From the IMG/VR virus record IMGVR_UViG_2061766007_000705: 64,000 nt of DNA. The stretch is one strand, 5' to 3'. Below, one piece after another: positions 46,937-56,969 of the stretch (within the stretch, counting starts at the first letter, position 1; every line of letters starts with the position of its first letter). The notes under the pieces are model-generated. The model was not told the DNA's origin. It did not search any database and worked only from the letters and a program-made list of their open reading frames with translations. The translations under genes and the position numbers were made by a program. This DNA is from a virus. Lineage: Duplodnaviria > Caudoviricetes.

Positions 46937-48796
46937 TTAATCATCCCAAACAAATCTTTTTTCGTGTTTGGTAGTTGTGTTATTGTTTGCGTTATTGTTA
47001 AAAGACAATCCCATCTTTGTGATGTCATCATCTTTCTTAGCATTAGTAGTAGAGAACATAAATGCTTTGGAGTAAACCTTTTCTTTCCAACTTTCGATAT
47101 TTTCAAACGAGAAGTTTTGAGCATCAGTTTTCCAAGAATCAAGTTCTTCCATAGGAATATTAGCGCATCTATCTTGAACTTCCATAATAGTTGACATTAC
47201 AACTTGATTCTTCTTTTCGTTCTCGATAGAAGCCTTGAACTCTCTGAGTTCTTCGCATTCTTTCTTGAGTGCTTCAAAATCAGCCTTAAGTTGCTCATAA
47301 TCCATTTCAACTGTAATTTCGCCATCTTCTTCTTTGTTTTCCTCAGAAGTTTCATCAGCACAGTCTACTTTTTCACATTCAGTCTTTTCACACTCAGTCT
47401 TTTCGCATTCTGTCTTTTCACATTCAGCCTTTTCTTCACTAAATTCCTCTTTGGATTCAGTATTGTCTGTATTTTCTTCGCTGAAATTTTCAACTTCTTC
47501 TGTCTTTTCTGTTTCGTCACTGAAATTTTCTGTAAGAGTTTCTTCAGCAGTTTCTTCTACCTTTTCGGAGTTATTTTCTACAATCTCTTGTTCAGTTTCA
47601 GCAGACATTGTTTCAACAGTTACTTCTTTTTCTTCAGTATTTGTAGTCTCTTCAGAAAATTCAACTGTTTCTTCAGTAGTCTTTTCAACTACTTCATCTT
47701 CAGACATATTAAGAACTTCGTTGTCTTGAATATTTTCAGTTTTAACTTCGTTATTCATAGCGTTATTCTCAACATCAAACAAAACATTATCGTTTTGTTG
47801 CGTTAATGCCTCCTTCCTTTCATTATTTTCATTATTAACAATAGTATCATTAGCAACAAAATAACGATTAATTGTGTTATCTATATTGTCTAATTCACTA
47901 AAAATTTGACTTAACCATTCATAACCTTCAACACCACCCCAAAGTTGATAACGTACATATTCAAGTGTTATCTCATTATCACCTTGAAGTTTTTGTAATC
48001 CTTTTACGGATGGATAATATCTCTTATAGTGTCTTGCTTTATTAATGTCTATAGTATCGTGTGTAGATAAATATCTTGCAGTAGCCATAGATACACTATC
48101 ATAAGTAAAACCATATTCTTCTTGTAATTCCAAAGCTCTTTTTGCAATATTTTTAATATTCTCTGGAATAGCCCAAGTGTTATTACTAAAATCAATTCTA
48201 TGACGATATACACTTGTTGCTTCTTCTACGAAACCTTGTACATTTTCATCAGAGAATTTTGTAATCTCTATTTTTGCACCTTTACAAGCAGGCATATGGT
48301 CTAAACCTAAAACAGTTACACCCATAAAACAAAATTCAGTTATATATGTTTTGTCATCTTCCTCATTGTATTCAGTATCGGTTACATATATTTCCATAGA
48401 AACGTCTCTATGGTTCAGACCGTCATCAAATATATCGTATGCCCATTCCGCATAAATCTTAGAAATAATGGCATTTGCCACAATATAATTGATACCTCTG
48501 TCATCTTTTTTAATGACAATTTTGCTTTCTTTTGGGAAGAAACCCAATATCAATTGAGCAGAACCTTCGTGCCCCATAAAATCGCTTCCATCAAAGCCCG
48601 CTACCAAAAACTTATTATAGAGGGTAGGAATTGCATTAACTAACGCATTATGAGTAATAGGCATTTCATGAGCATTATCACCTTCACAACAAACCCACAC
48701 TTCAGCGATTGCTAATTGTTCATCGGACAGTTCTTTCAACATACTAATCTTGTCAATCTTAAACTTCATTATTTCTTTGTCCATTAGAAAACCCAC
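46937..48796 (-). CDS. Prohead protease / scaffold fusion
   Basis: N-terminal HK97-type protease motifs (MGHE, VSMEI, FMGVTVLG...PAC); long acidic C-terminal scaffold. Confidence 0.8.
   Translation of the reverse strand: MGFLMDKEIMKFKIDKISMLKELSDEQLAIAEVWVCCEGDNAHEMPITHNALVNAIPTLYNKFLVAGFDGSDFMGHEGSAQLILGFFPKESKIVIKKDDRGINYIVANAIISKIYAEWAYDIFDDGLNHRDVSMEIYVTDTEYNEEDDKTYITEFCFMGVTVLGLDHMPACKGAKIEITKFSDENVQGFVEEATSVYRHRIDFSNNTWAIPENIKNIAKRALELQEEYGFTYDSVSMATARYLSTHDTIDINKARHYKRYYPSVKGLQKLQGDNEITLEYVRYQLWGGVEGYEWLSQIFSELDNIDNTINRYFVANDTIVNNENNERKEALTQQNDNVLFDVENNAMNNEVKTENIQDNEVLNMSEDEVVEKTTEETVEFSEETTNTEEKEVTVETMSAETEQEIVENNSEKVEETAEETLTENFSDETEKTEEVENFSEENTDNTESKEEFSEEKAECEKTECEKTECEKTECEKVDCADETSEENKEEDGEITVEMDYEQLKADFEALKKECEELREFKASIENEKKNQVVMSTIMEVQDRCANIPMEELDSWKTDAQNFSFENIESWKEKVYSKAFMFSTTNAKKDDDITKMGLSFNNNANNNTTTKHEKRFVWDD
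47360..47434 (-). repeat. 15-bp tandem repeat encoding (EKxEC) x5
   Basis: EKAEC EKTEC EKTEC EKTEC EKVDC. Confidence 0.85.
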
Positions 48797-48805
48797 ACCC
48801 CCTTT

Positions 48806-50404
48806 CTATTGATATTCTCTTGAAGTTGCACCACTATCTTTTAAGTCGCTACTATCTTTCTTTGGCGCACCCTTACCATCATCTACACCATTATTTTTAT
48901 CACTATTAGTATAAATATTAAGCATTGGAGTAAGCAAATCGCTAAATCCAGTTGCCTTTGTCTTTTCTAATGATTTCATCAAATGATGTGGTGGAATCTG
49001 TAATGCATAAGCAAGTCTATCTGGCATTACAACACCTACTGATGAATATTTTAAGAATTCATCCATTCTTCTATCCTTGTCAAGAAATGTGTTGTTACCA
49101 CCAAGATAAATCTTAAATTTATATTTCTTAGTGAGACCATTGATGTAATATTCTAAGAACAATTCAAAATACTTGTACATATATTCAACTGCCATAACAT
49201 CCATATCTACACTTAATTGTGTTTCCATAACGTTGAGTTTTTCACTACCGTCAAATATAAGTCTTGTATTTACACCACTCATAGAAGCAGTGGTCTTTGC
49301 ATAATCATCTAAGATATTCTTACTATTATTAAAATCAAAATCTAATGTTTTTACATCACTAAACGGAACTGCACCAGTTTTGATAACATCACCAATAGCA
49401 TTTTTAAGTAAGCCCAAGAATTTTCCAGCTGTATCAGCATCAAGAGCTACCATATCCTTAACATTACCGCCTTTTGGATTGTTAAGCATAGGAATTAAGC
49501 CTACCATTATTTTTGTACAAGCAATTATATCTTTATTTTTTTGCAGTTTACGTTTTAATGGCAATAATGCCACATCTTGGAAAAGAGGGGCAAAAAATGG
49601 AATTCGTGTTGCAAGTTCAGGTTGTAATTTCCAACACCAAAAACCATTTCTTGGATTTGTCTGAACATACATTCCATATTTACCATTTCTATATGAATTT
49701 GCTGGATTATAATTTCCTTGAGCATCAAAGAATGTATCTTTGTACATTTCCTTAAACACAGAAGGATACATATCTAGAGACACACCAGTTTGTAAAAACC
49801 AAGTCATATCAAAATCAAACAAAATGCCATAATCCCATTTACCAGTAATTAAACAATAATCTTGAGGTAACTCTTGAAGAGTATACTTCATAGCATCACG
49901 TCTAAATACCCAAAATGTTGCATCTTGTCTCATTGATTCACGCATTACTTTTGTGAATTCTTGTTTAATGTCAAATTTATCTATAAAATCACAGACAATT
50001 TTATAGTCCTTCTTATATTCTTTTTTATTATAATCCCCTAATTCAGCATTATAACAAACAATGTCTCTTATATCAAAAGAGAGTAAATTTGACATATAAT
50101 TCATAAGTCTCTTATAAAGCATTGAAGTTAACTCAAAGAACTCTGAATATCCAATTAATTCTTTTTCACTGTTCTTTGGATTAGCCATAGCCCTATCAAG
50201 AGCATCTTCCTCTGATTGTAAAGGATTAAGGTTGATGTCCTTCATCCTTTCGTTGATTAAAAGGGGTGAAGAAGCAATTTTATAATTGTAAAGCGAATTT
50301 GCAAATGTCAGAACATCATATAGTTCTTGGTCGCTGATTTCTTCATCGTGTTGAATATTTTCAACTTCTAATTCTTTCAACTTTGCCATTTTCTCAGTTC
50401 TCAC
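48806..50404 (-). CDS. Portal protein
   Basis: 532 aa between terminase and protease; C-terminal GAPKK..S.L.DSG..SRE tail. Confidence 0.82.
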   Translation of the reverse strand: MRTEKMAKLKELEVENIQHDEEISDQELYDVLTFANSLYNYKIASSPLLINERMKDINLNPLQSEEDALDRAMANPKNSEKELIGYSEFFELTSMLYKRLMNYMSNLLSFDIRDIVCYNAELGDYNKKEYKKDYKIVCDFIDKFDIKQEFTKVMRESMRQDATFWVFRRDAMKYTLQELPQDYCLITGKWDYGILFDFDMTWFLQTGVSLDMYPSVFKEMYKDTFFDAQGNYNPANSYRNGKYGMYVQTNPRNGFWCWKLQPELATRIPFFAPLFQDVALLPLKRKLQKNKDIIACTKIMVGLIPMLNNPKGGNVKDMVALDADTAGKFLGLLKNAIGDVIKTGAVPFSDVKTLDFDFNNSKNILDDYAKTTASMSGVNTRLIFDGSEKLNVMETQLSVDMDVMAVEYMYKYFELFLEYYINGLTKKYKFKIYLGGNNTFLDKDRRMDEFLKYSSVGVVMPDRLAYALQIPPHHLMKSLEKTKATGFSDLLTPMLNIYTNSDKNNGVDDGKGAPKKDSSDLKDSGATSREYQ

Positions 50405-50419
50405 TCCTTTCTATTTTTA

Positions 50420-52246
50420 TTAGAATAAATTCGCATATCCAGCCAGAAATTCTAAATCATTTTGATTCGATTTTTGCGGATTAATAATTGTATCTCTACG
50501 TTTCTGTTGTAAATAATAACCTAATAAAGCAAGTGTATAAGCACGGTCATCGTGCATTTTTCTTTCTTTATCTGGTGGTAATGAATATCTGTGACTGCCA
50601 TTTGTACCTTCGAAACGATACATATTTACAACTTCTTCTTTCAATAAGTCCATTTGTGTATATGAAGCCTTTTCGTCATTTGATAACATATGAGCCTTAC
50701 CTTCATCTTCATCACCATTGAGGAATACAAAGTCTTTCCCATTGTATTCAACTGTAAATGTTATAAGACCTAATCCTATCATTTCTACAAGTGCATCATA
50801 CATAAGTGTTTTATATTTCGTTGGTTCTAACAATTTGATTTTATCATCAGCATTTGGATATAAGTACGCAATATCCTCATATCTTTCTAAGTCAATAAGA
50901 CCTCTATGCTCTCTACCAAAATCATCTTGCCAATCCCTAACTAACCAGTCACCAATATTAACACCGCCACCACCTGCACCTGCATCAATAAGAATACATT
51001 CTATGTTTTCATAATCAGCTGCAAGTTTACCATTAAAATCAAGAATTAAATTCTTCAACATACCAACTTGTTGAACTGTATCTAATGGCGTGTGTCTCTT
51101 CTTCAATTCATCGGCTAATGAGAAACAATTTACTATTCTCATTCTCCAACCCACTTCTTCACTAAATTCTAATTTACCCACTGTAATAATAGAGTTATCG
51201 TATGAACGAGCAGGGTCATATGCAATCACATATTTACTTTTATTGTCAGAATTGGAATATTCTGGTAAATATACTTCACTATTTTTAATTATTGAAGCCC
51301 TCTTAATTGCTTGTTTATCCCCACCATCCTTCATAAACTTATTGTAATACTCACGCAAAGCCTTTTCAGGATTATTACGAAATGCAGTATCAACTACTTC
51401 CTTTGTTAACAATGGTTTGTATTCAATACCTCTAACAGTAGGTGCTAATGGAATATTGCAATCAATATCAGCAACAAAATAATTTGGATTACCTAATATC
51501 ATTTGTTTAGAATAATCTCTATATAATCCCCAATAATGAGTATCTACATTACTGGCAGATGATGCAACAATTCTTTGGTTTGGTAAACTTATTGGTTTAT
51601 AAGAATAATCATTGGATAATGTATCTGTACCCAAACTAAAGTCTTTTGACTGTGTTAAGAATGGTTCAGTTGCAGTAAACAATTCTTCTGGGAAAAATCC
51701 TGCTTCATCATAAAAATTTACTGTCGCTCTTTTACCTCTTAACAGATTTGTGTTACCTGCAAGAGAGCGAATCTCAGAACCATTATACAATCTACAATAC
51801 CATTGTGATTCTTCTTTACTAAAACCATTACCTTGATTCGTATGAACGAGTTCGTTCATAAATACATCTGTACAAGATGTTAAAGATTCAATTTGCTTTT
51901 GCGCTATCTTTTTTATCTTGTCAAATGTTTCTGCCGACTGTCCAGCAGAACCAGCTATAATATAAATTTGACTATTTGGTATCAGCATTGCTCTCGCCAT
52001 CATATATGGTGCTCCTAAGAATGACTTACCTGCATTTCTGCATAAACACCATAAAACGTGAGAACGATACCAAGTATTCCAATATATATACTTTTGATAA
52101 TCCATTAAATAAATACCAAGAACTTTTTCACAAAAGGAAATAGGATTTGCTCTGCCCCATTGAATAATTTCACCATATTTAATAAGTGATTCATATTTTC
52201 TTTGAGACATTTCAAGTGGAGTTTCTTTTACTATAAATTCCATCAA
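50420..52246 (-). CDS. Terminase large subunit
   Basis: Walker A CRNAGKS, LRGKR, Walker B FYDEAG, nuclease YDPARSYD and HDDRAY. Confidence 0.93.
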   Translation of the reverse strand: MMEFIVKETPLEMSQRKYESLIKYGEIIQWGRANPISFCEKVLGIYLMDYQKYIYWNTWYRSHVLWCLCRNAGKSFLGAPYMMARAMLIPNSQIYIIAGSAGQSAETFDKIKKIAQKQIESLTSCTDVFMNELVHTNQGNGFSKEESQWYCRLYNGSEIRSLAGNTNLLRGKRATVNFYDEAGFFPEELFTATEPFLTQSKDFSLGTDTLSNDYSYKPISLPNQRIVASSASNVDTHYWGLYRDYSKQMILGNPNYFVADIDCNIPLAPTVRGIEYKPLLTKEVVDTAFRNNPEKALREYYNKFMKDGGDKQAIKRASIIKNSEVYLPEYSNSDNKSKYVIAYDPARSYDNSIITVGKLEFSEEVGWRMRIVNCFSLADELKKRHTPLDTVQQVGMLKNLILDFNGKLAADYENIECILIDAGAGGGGVNIGDWLVRDWQDDFGREHRGLIDLERYEDIAYLYPNADDKIKLLEPTKYKTLMYDALVEMIGLGLITFTVEYNGKDFVFLNGDEDEGKAHMLSNDEKASYTQMDLLKEEVVNMYRFEGTNGSHRYSLPPDKERKMHDDRAYTLALLGYYLQQKRRDTIINPQKSNQNDLEFLAGYANLF

Positions 52247-53529
52247 TTTTCACCATCTACAAGAAGCGTTCTTTTCTGAATGTTTGCTTCTTCCTTTTGT
52301 GCTTTTTCTTTTTTCTTGGCTTCATAACCGTCTCTATAATCTTGTAATTCTGATAATTCTTTATGGACTTCTTCTACCTCACGAGTTTTCATTTCATTAT
52401 CTCTTTTAAGTAGACGATTTTCCTCTTGAAGACTATCATAATTCTTTTGCAACAATTCAAGCATTTCTTTTTGCTGAACAACCATTGCTTCATAATCGTT
52501 TTCATCAAGCATAAGTTGTTTTTTGATATTACCGTTGCTAATTTCCGCAATTTTTTCAAATGCTTCACAAGTTTTTATATCAAATAGATTAATATCTGCT
52601 GGTCTTATTTTTTTATCACGTAATTCAGCAATCAAACCACTAAATGTACCTTCACCTTTATTTTTAACATTATTCTTAGATTGAGTAATACCATTTTCTT
52701 TTGCATAAGATAAAATTTGTGTAAGCAAATTTTTCTTAATGTCAATAAGTGATTTTAATTTAGCCGAATTAAGTTCCAAATTATCTTTATCTTCCATAAT
52801 ACTATTGATTGCTTCATCAAAACTTTCAATTTGGCTGAATGTTTTAACAATAGAAATAACGGAAGTTAACTTAAAACTATCTTTAATCGTAGTTTCATCA
52901 AGATAACTCAATATTGTATTATAAAGATATGATTTTTCATTTGGATTAGCATCCTCAAACGGGTCAAAACCACAAAGGAACATTACTTCCTTTCTATTTT
53001 CTCTATCTCTTTCAGATAATTCCATATCTTTTTCATATATATCAACGGGAGTATCATTTACGATTTTTCTATCCGTTTCTATCGAATCCTTAAAAGTTTT
53101 ACCCTTATATTGTCTCATACTTCCAATCTTCTGAAAGTAAATACGAGGAGTAACACTATTTCCTGCTTCTGCTTGTTTTTCTGCGACTTTACAAACATTC
53201 GGGTCAAAATACGAATCAGTATATCTACACAGTAAAAACATAGCAAAAACTGGGTCAGTATATATTTCTAAGAGTTCTGTATACAGTCTAACTGCACAAT
53301 CCTTACAAATAAACATTTTATTTTTATTATTTCTACAAATCTTACTATTAGAATCGTAGAAATAATGAATTGGTCGATTCCTTCTACACATCAGACAAGG
53401 TAACATATCCGATGTCGAAATTTCATCTTCGTAATTATCTAATTTAGTTTTTTCTTTATATTTTACACTTGCTACTGCTTCTAAATCAGTTGTAGCAGGT
53501 ACTTTCTTTGGTCTACCTCTTTTCGCCAC
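52243..53529 (-). CDS. Zn-finger protein preceding the terminase (small-terminase candidate)
   Basis: CLMC...CKDC; G.DPF motif; C-terminal coiled coil; overlaps terminase start. Confidence 0.55.
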   Translation of the reverse strand: MAKRGRPKKVPATTDLEAVASVKYKEKTKLDNYEDEISTSDMLPCLMCRRNRPIHYFYDSNSKICRNNKNKMFICKDCAVRLYTELLEIYTDPVFAMFLLCRYTDSYFDPNVCKVAEKQAEAGNSVTPRIYFQKIGSMRQYKGKTFKDSIETDRKIVNDTPVDIYEKDMELSERDRENRKEVMFLCGFDPFEDANPNEKSYLYNTILSYLDETTIKDSFKLTSVISIVKTFSQIESFDEAINSIMEDKDNLELNSAKLKSLIDIKKNLLTQILSYAKENGITQSKNNVKNKGEGTFSGLIAELRDKKIRPADINLFDIKTCEAFEKIAEISNGNIKKQLMLDENDYEAMVVQQKEMLELLQKNYDSLQEENRLLKRDNEMKTREVEEVHKELSELQDYRDGYEAKKKEKAQKEEANIQKRTLLVDGEN

Positions 53530-53558
53530 ACTCTATGCTCCTTTCTCTAAAAATCAAA

Positions 53559-53596
53559 AACGGAAGTAGTAAGGAACTCGATTTACTACTTCCGTT
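53559..53596 (-). terminator. Intrinsic terminator
   Basis: 14-bp stem AACGGAAGTAGTAA / TTACTACTTCCGTT plus T tract. Confidence 0.75.
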
Positions 53597-53619
53597 ATGC
53601 GTGGTATTACACCACCAAA

Positions 53620-54795
53620 CTATACTACAATTCGTAAAATTTCTTTCGCAACATATTCTTTTGTAACGATAATTAAATTTTGAGAAGGACTACCATTAAG
53701 ACGAAGTGACAATGCATAATCGTCAGTACCCATCAACGATGAATTACTAATAAGTAGCGTATCATTTTGTTCATCTGCACTAAAATGATGCATATGAGCA
53801 CTTAATATCATATCAAAATGTTGTTGCGTAAGTGTAGTTAAATTGTTAATAATACTTTTTTGTTTATCTTTGTGACCGTGTACACCACAAACCTTATGAC
53901 CTAATACTTCAAAAGTAACAATATCATCTGAATAAATATTATCAATATATGCAATATTAGGCAATCTTGTCTTCAAATACCATCTTGTTAATCTCGCAAA
54001 AGATTCTAAATCAAGACTATCTGAAATCTTTGGTGTAACTCTACTGTGATTATCAAGTACATCACCATATACAACTTCTGTATACTTAGAAATCTCAAAT
54101 ATCATCTGAGCCAAGAGTTCGCTAACTTCAATAATTTGGCTAATAACATCTAGACGATTATTAATTCTCAATTGCAAGTGAATATTACCTGAAATTAAAT
54201 CACCTAAATTGATGACATATAACTTATTTATCTTTCTTGACTTGATATAATTTATAGTATTTAATGTGAGTGTTTCAATTCTTTGTTTTGCAACATCAGG
54301 ATTATAACTATTAAAATAATTATCTATTTCAATACCATAATGCCAATCTGAAATACACAGAATTGCTTCGCATTCACTATCTTTATATGGGATAGGTTTT
54401 ACATTGAGAGTTAAATCTTTAAGATTTATATTCTCACAAGCTTCTTTTGCAATCTCTTTAAGAGTTTCTTCACGAGAAATTCTTCGATACATTGCTCTGA
54501 TTTGACTGCGTTCATCTGCCAACTTAATACGTTCTTTTTGAATTTCGTCTGTAGCGTTTTCATCTTCGATAGAACAACCATTTTTAACATCATTCATACA
54601 GGTATCATATCCATCTTTGTAGTCCGTATACCACCTACGATATGTTGTTATAGAACGTTCTTTTCCAAATTCTTCGTTCAGAATGTCGGCAACTTCTTGC
54701 CAAGACAAACCATAAGTATCTCGCATATCACAGATGCGAAATTTATACTGTTTTTCAGTTTCGCCTCTATTTCGCTTACATATACTTGAAATCAT
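53620..54795 (-). CDS. Calcineurin-like metallophosphoesterase with N-terminal HTH
   Basis: SDWH, GDLI, DNH, HGH, AHMHH motifs; SWQEVADILN helix-turn-helix. Confidence 0.85.
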   Translation of the reverse strand: MISSICKRNRGETEKQYKFRICDMRDTYGLSWQEVADILNEEFGKERSITTYRRWYTDYKDGYDTCMNDVKNGCSIEDENATDEIQKERIKLADERSQIRAMYRRISREETLKEIAKEACENINLKDLTLNVKPIPYKDSECEAILCISDWHYGIEIDNYFNSYNPDVAKQRIETLTLNTINYIKSRKINKLYVINLGDLISGNIHLQLRINNRLDVISQIIEVSELLAQMIFEISKYTEVVYGDVLDNHSRVTPKISDSLDLESFARLTRWYLKTRLPNIAYIDNIYSDDIVTFEVLGHKVCGVHGHKDKQKSIINNLTTLTQQHFDMILSAHMHHFSADEQNDTLLISNSSLMGTDDYALSLRLNGSPSQNLIIVTKEYVAKEILRIVV

Positions 54796-54814
54796 TAGAA
54801 ATCACCTACCAATT

Positions 54815-55456
54815 TTAATAAAGTTCATCTAATGATTCGATGATACCATCACAAACACCTAACTCTATTTGTTTTTCAGGTTCAATATACCATTCTTTCC
54901 TTTGCTTCTTAGAGTAAAGTTTAGAATCAATGTTTGTTCTTTCAAGTACAAACTCTTTTATTTTTGTCTCAACTTCCTTAAGATTATCAACCATATCAAA
55001 CATTTGTTGAGTATTTGCGTTTACTGTACCACTACCTTGATGAATAAGATACTCTGCGTGTGGCATCGTATATCTTTTATCGCAAGCAAGGAAAATAATA
55101 GCAGCTGCTGAATAACAGTAAGAAACATTATATCCAAATACTGGTGTTTTACTTGCCATAATGACATCAATAGCACTATTCATAATACCAACATCACCAC
55201 CGCAAGAACTAAAAATAAGTTTAATTGGCTTTCTTTCCTCAATAGGAAGGTCTTTATCTTCTTTATTGTATTGAATAATAGGCTTGATAACAGATTCAAA
55301 TGTAAACATATCAATATCTTCTACCCAAAGACATCTATCTTCAATACTCTGATACAGATTCTTAACTGATAAGTTAGGTAACTGTAAATTCCAAGGTGTC
55401 TGTGCTAACATTACATTATCACTACATTCACAATCTTTTCTAAAATTTCTTCTCAT
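54815..55456 (-). CDS. clpP: ClpP-like protease
   Basis: PIKL...S.GG, CYSAAA (Ser), IHQG (His), ELGVCDGII. Confidence 0.85.
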   Translation of the reverse strand: MRRNFRKDCECSDNVMLAQTPWNLQLPNLSVKNLYQSIEDRCLWVEDIDMFTFESVIKPIIQYNKEDKDLPIEERKPIKLIFSSCGGDVGIMNSAIDVIMASKTPVFGYNVSYCYSAAAIIFLACDKRYTMPHAEYLIHQGSGTVNANTQQMFDMVDNLKEVETKIKEFVLERTNIDSKLYSKKQRKEWYIEPEKQIELGVCDGIIESLDELY

Positions 55457-55480
55457 TTATTATCCTTTTATCCTTTCGTC

Positions 55481-56683
55481 TTAAATTTGGTCAATTAAAG
55501 TTGCAAATTTAGAACGATAATTATGTTTCAATTTAATACAACCAAAATCTTCATGGTCTTTGAATACTTCAATTATTCTTTCCATTCCGCTTTGACCGAT
55601 ATTAACATCTTTTTGTTCTAAAATGTCACCTTCAATTATTATTTTACATCCGTCTTTACAACGAGATATAATTGTTTTACAAATATACGGAGATAGGTTT
55701 TGACCTTCCGTAACAATAACAATATCATCTTCTAAAAATTCCATACCACGCATATGCACAGTTGGAACAATTTCAAGTTTATCTGTTTGCATTAAATAAT
55801 TTACACCATCTATACCACCTAACTTACTTTTCAAAATATTACCAATATTTGAATCCATTAATTTTTCATTCAAATTGCCAGGCAAATAACCTATTTCAAA
55901 AGCACCTTTGAGTGGTACATTAGTTGCAACAATCCATAATTTTCTACATTTATTTTTTTCTAATTGATTTAATGCATAAGATAATGATATAAGTGTCTTA
56001 CCACTACCTTGTTTACCGTACAAAATTGTCATCTGATTATTTCTCAATGAATCAAAAGCACAACTTTGTATTTCATCTTTTGGTGAAACCGCACCTATAT
56101 ATGCGTTGGCATTACACTTATTATATTGCAGTGTAATTAATTTTTCTCCATTCCATCTTCTACATTCAATTAATTTATCATTTTCATCATATAAAATGAG
56201 ATATTCATTAATGAGTAAATCATATATATTTTCATCTATATTTTCATAAATATATGCTAATTGTTCACTATTAACATTAATCTTTCTATAACCCTTATAG
56301 GTTTCTTTTGGAATATAATCTTGATAATCTTTAATATTAATTCCTAAACATCTACATTTCTCTATAACATTTATGTCCATAGATAATGCAATAATATCAG
56401 CATCTATATTATGTTGAACATAATACATAGATGCTATAATTGAATTATCTGGTTTAGCAAGCGACAATGGTATTTCAGACATTTCAATAACATATTCAAT
56501 CTTATCTTGATATGTGAGCAATTTTCTCATACCACATCTTGCTCTATAAGACTTGTTTTCATTATCACTTGTTTTTAACTTATCAAGTTCTTCCAATACA
56601 GTCATTGGAACATAAATTTTTTCATATTCTGATAAATCTATATCATTCATCAAAATATTAGTGTCAATAATACATTTTGCCAA
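55481..56683 (-). CDS. phoH: PIN-PhoH (PhoH2-type) protein
   Basis: PIN: IDTNIL, VLEELDKLK; PhoH: GKQGSGKT, IGYLPG, MRG, EGQN, EGD..Q.D, YRS. Confidence 0.92.
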   Translation of the reverse strand: MAKCIIDTNILMNDIDLSEYEKIYVPMTVLEELDKLKTSDNENKSYRARCGMRKLLTYQDKIEYVIEMSEIPLSLAKPDNSIIASMYYVQHNIDADIIALSMDINVIEKCRCLGINIKDYQDYIPKETYKGYRKINVNSEQLAYIYENIDENIYDLLINEYLILYDENDKLIECRRWNGEKLITLQYNKCNANAYIGAVSPKDEIQSCAFDSLRNNQMTILYGKQGSGKTLISLSYALNQLEKNKCRKLWIVATNVPLKGAFEIGYLPGNLNEKLMDSNIGNILKSKLGGIDGVNYLMQTDKLEIVPTVHMRGMEFLEDDIVIVTEGQNLSPYICKTIISRCKDGCKIIIEGDILEQKDVNIGQSGMERIIEVFKDHEDFGCIKLKHNYRSKFATLIDQI

Positions 56684-56701
56684 AAATAGTTCACAACCCT
56701 T

Positions 56702-56881
56702 CTACTTAGTTTCGTCTTTATCCTCTTTAATGATATGGGCTTTGAAAACTGAATTCATGCGGTCATAATCTGCATCAGAAAGATAAAGAGTTTTTCTATT
56801 TGCTGAAGAAATAACTTTATACTTCGGTTTGAATCCTAAACTCTGTGCCATTCTGAATGTCTGTCTTTTTACTGATACCAT
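56702..56881 (-). CDS. Hypothetical 59-aa protein (not in ORF track)
   Basis: MVSVKRQTFRMAQSLGF...DKDETK*; AGAAAGGA upstream. Confidence 0.55.
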   Translation of the reverse strand: MVSVKRQTFRMAQSLGFKPKYKVISSANRKTLYLSDADYDRMNSVFKAHIIKEDKDETK

Positions 56882-56969
56882 ATTATCATCTATTTATCCT
56901 TTCTTAATTCACTTACGGCTAGAAACCCCTTTGCTTTAGCAGAGAGGAAAAGCCATACTCATTAAATTC

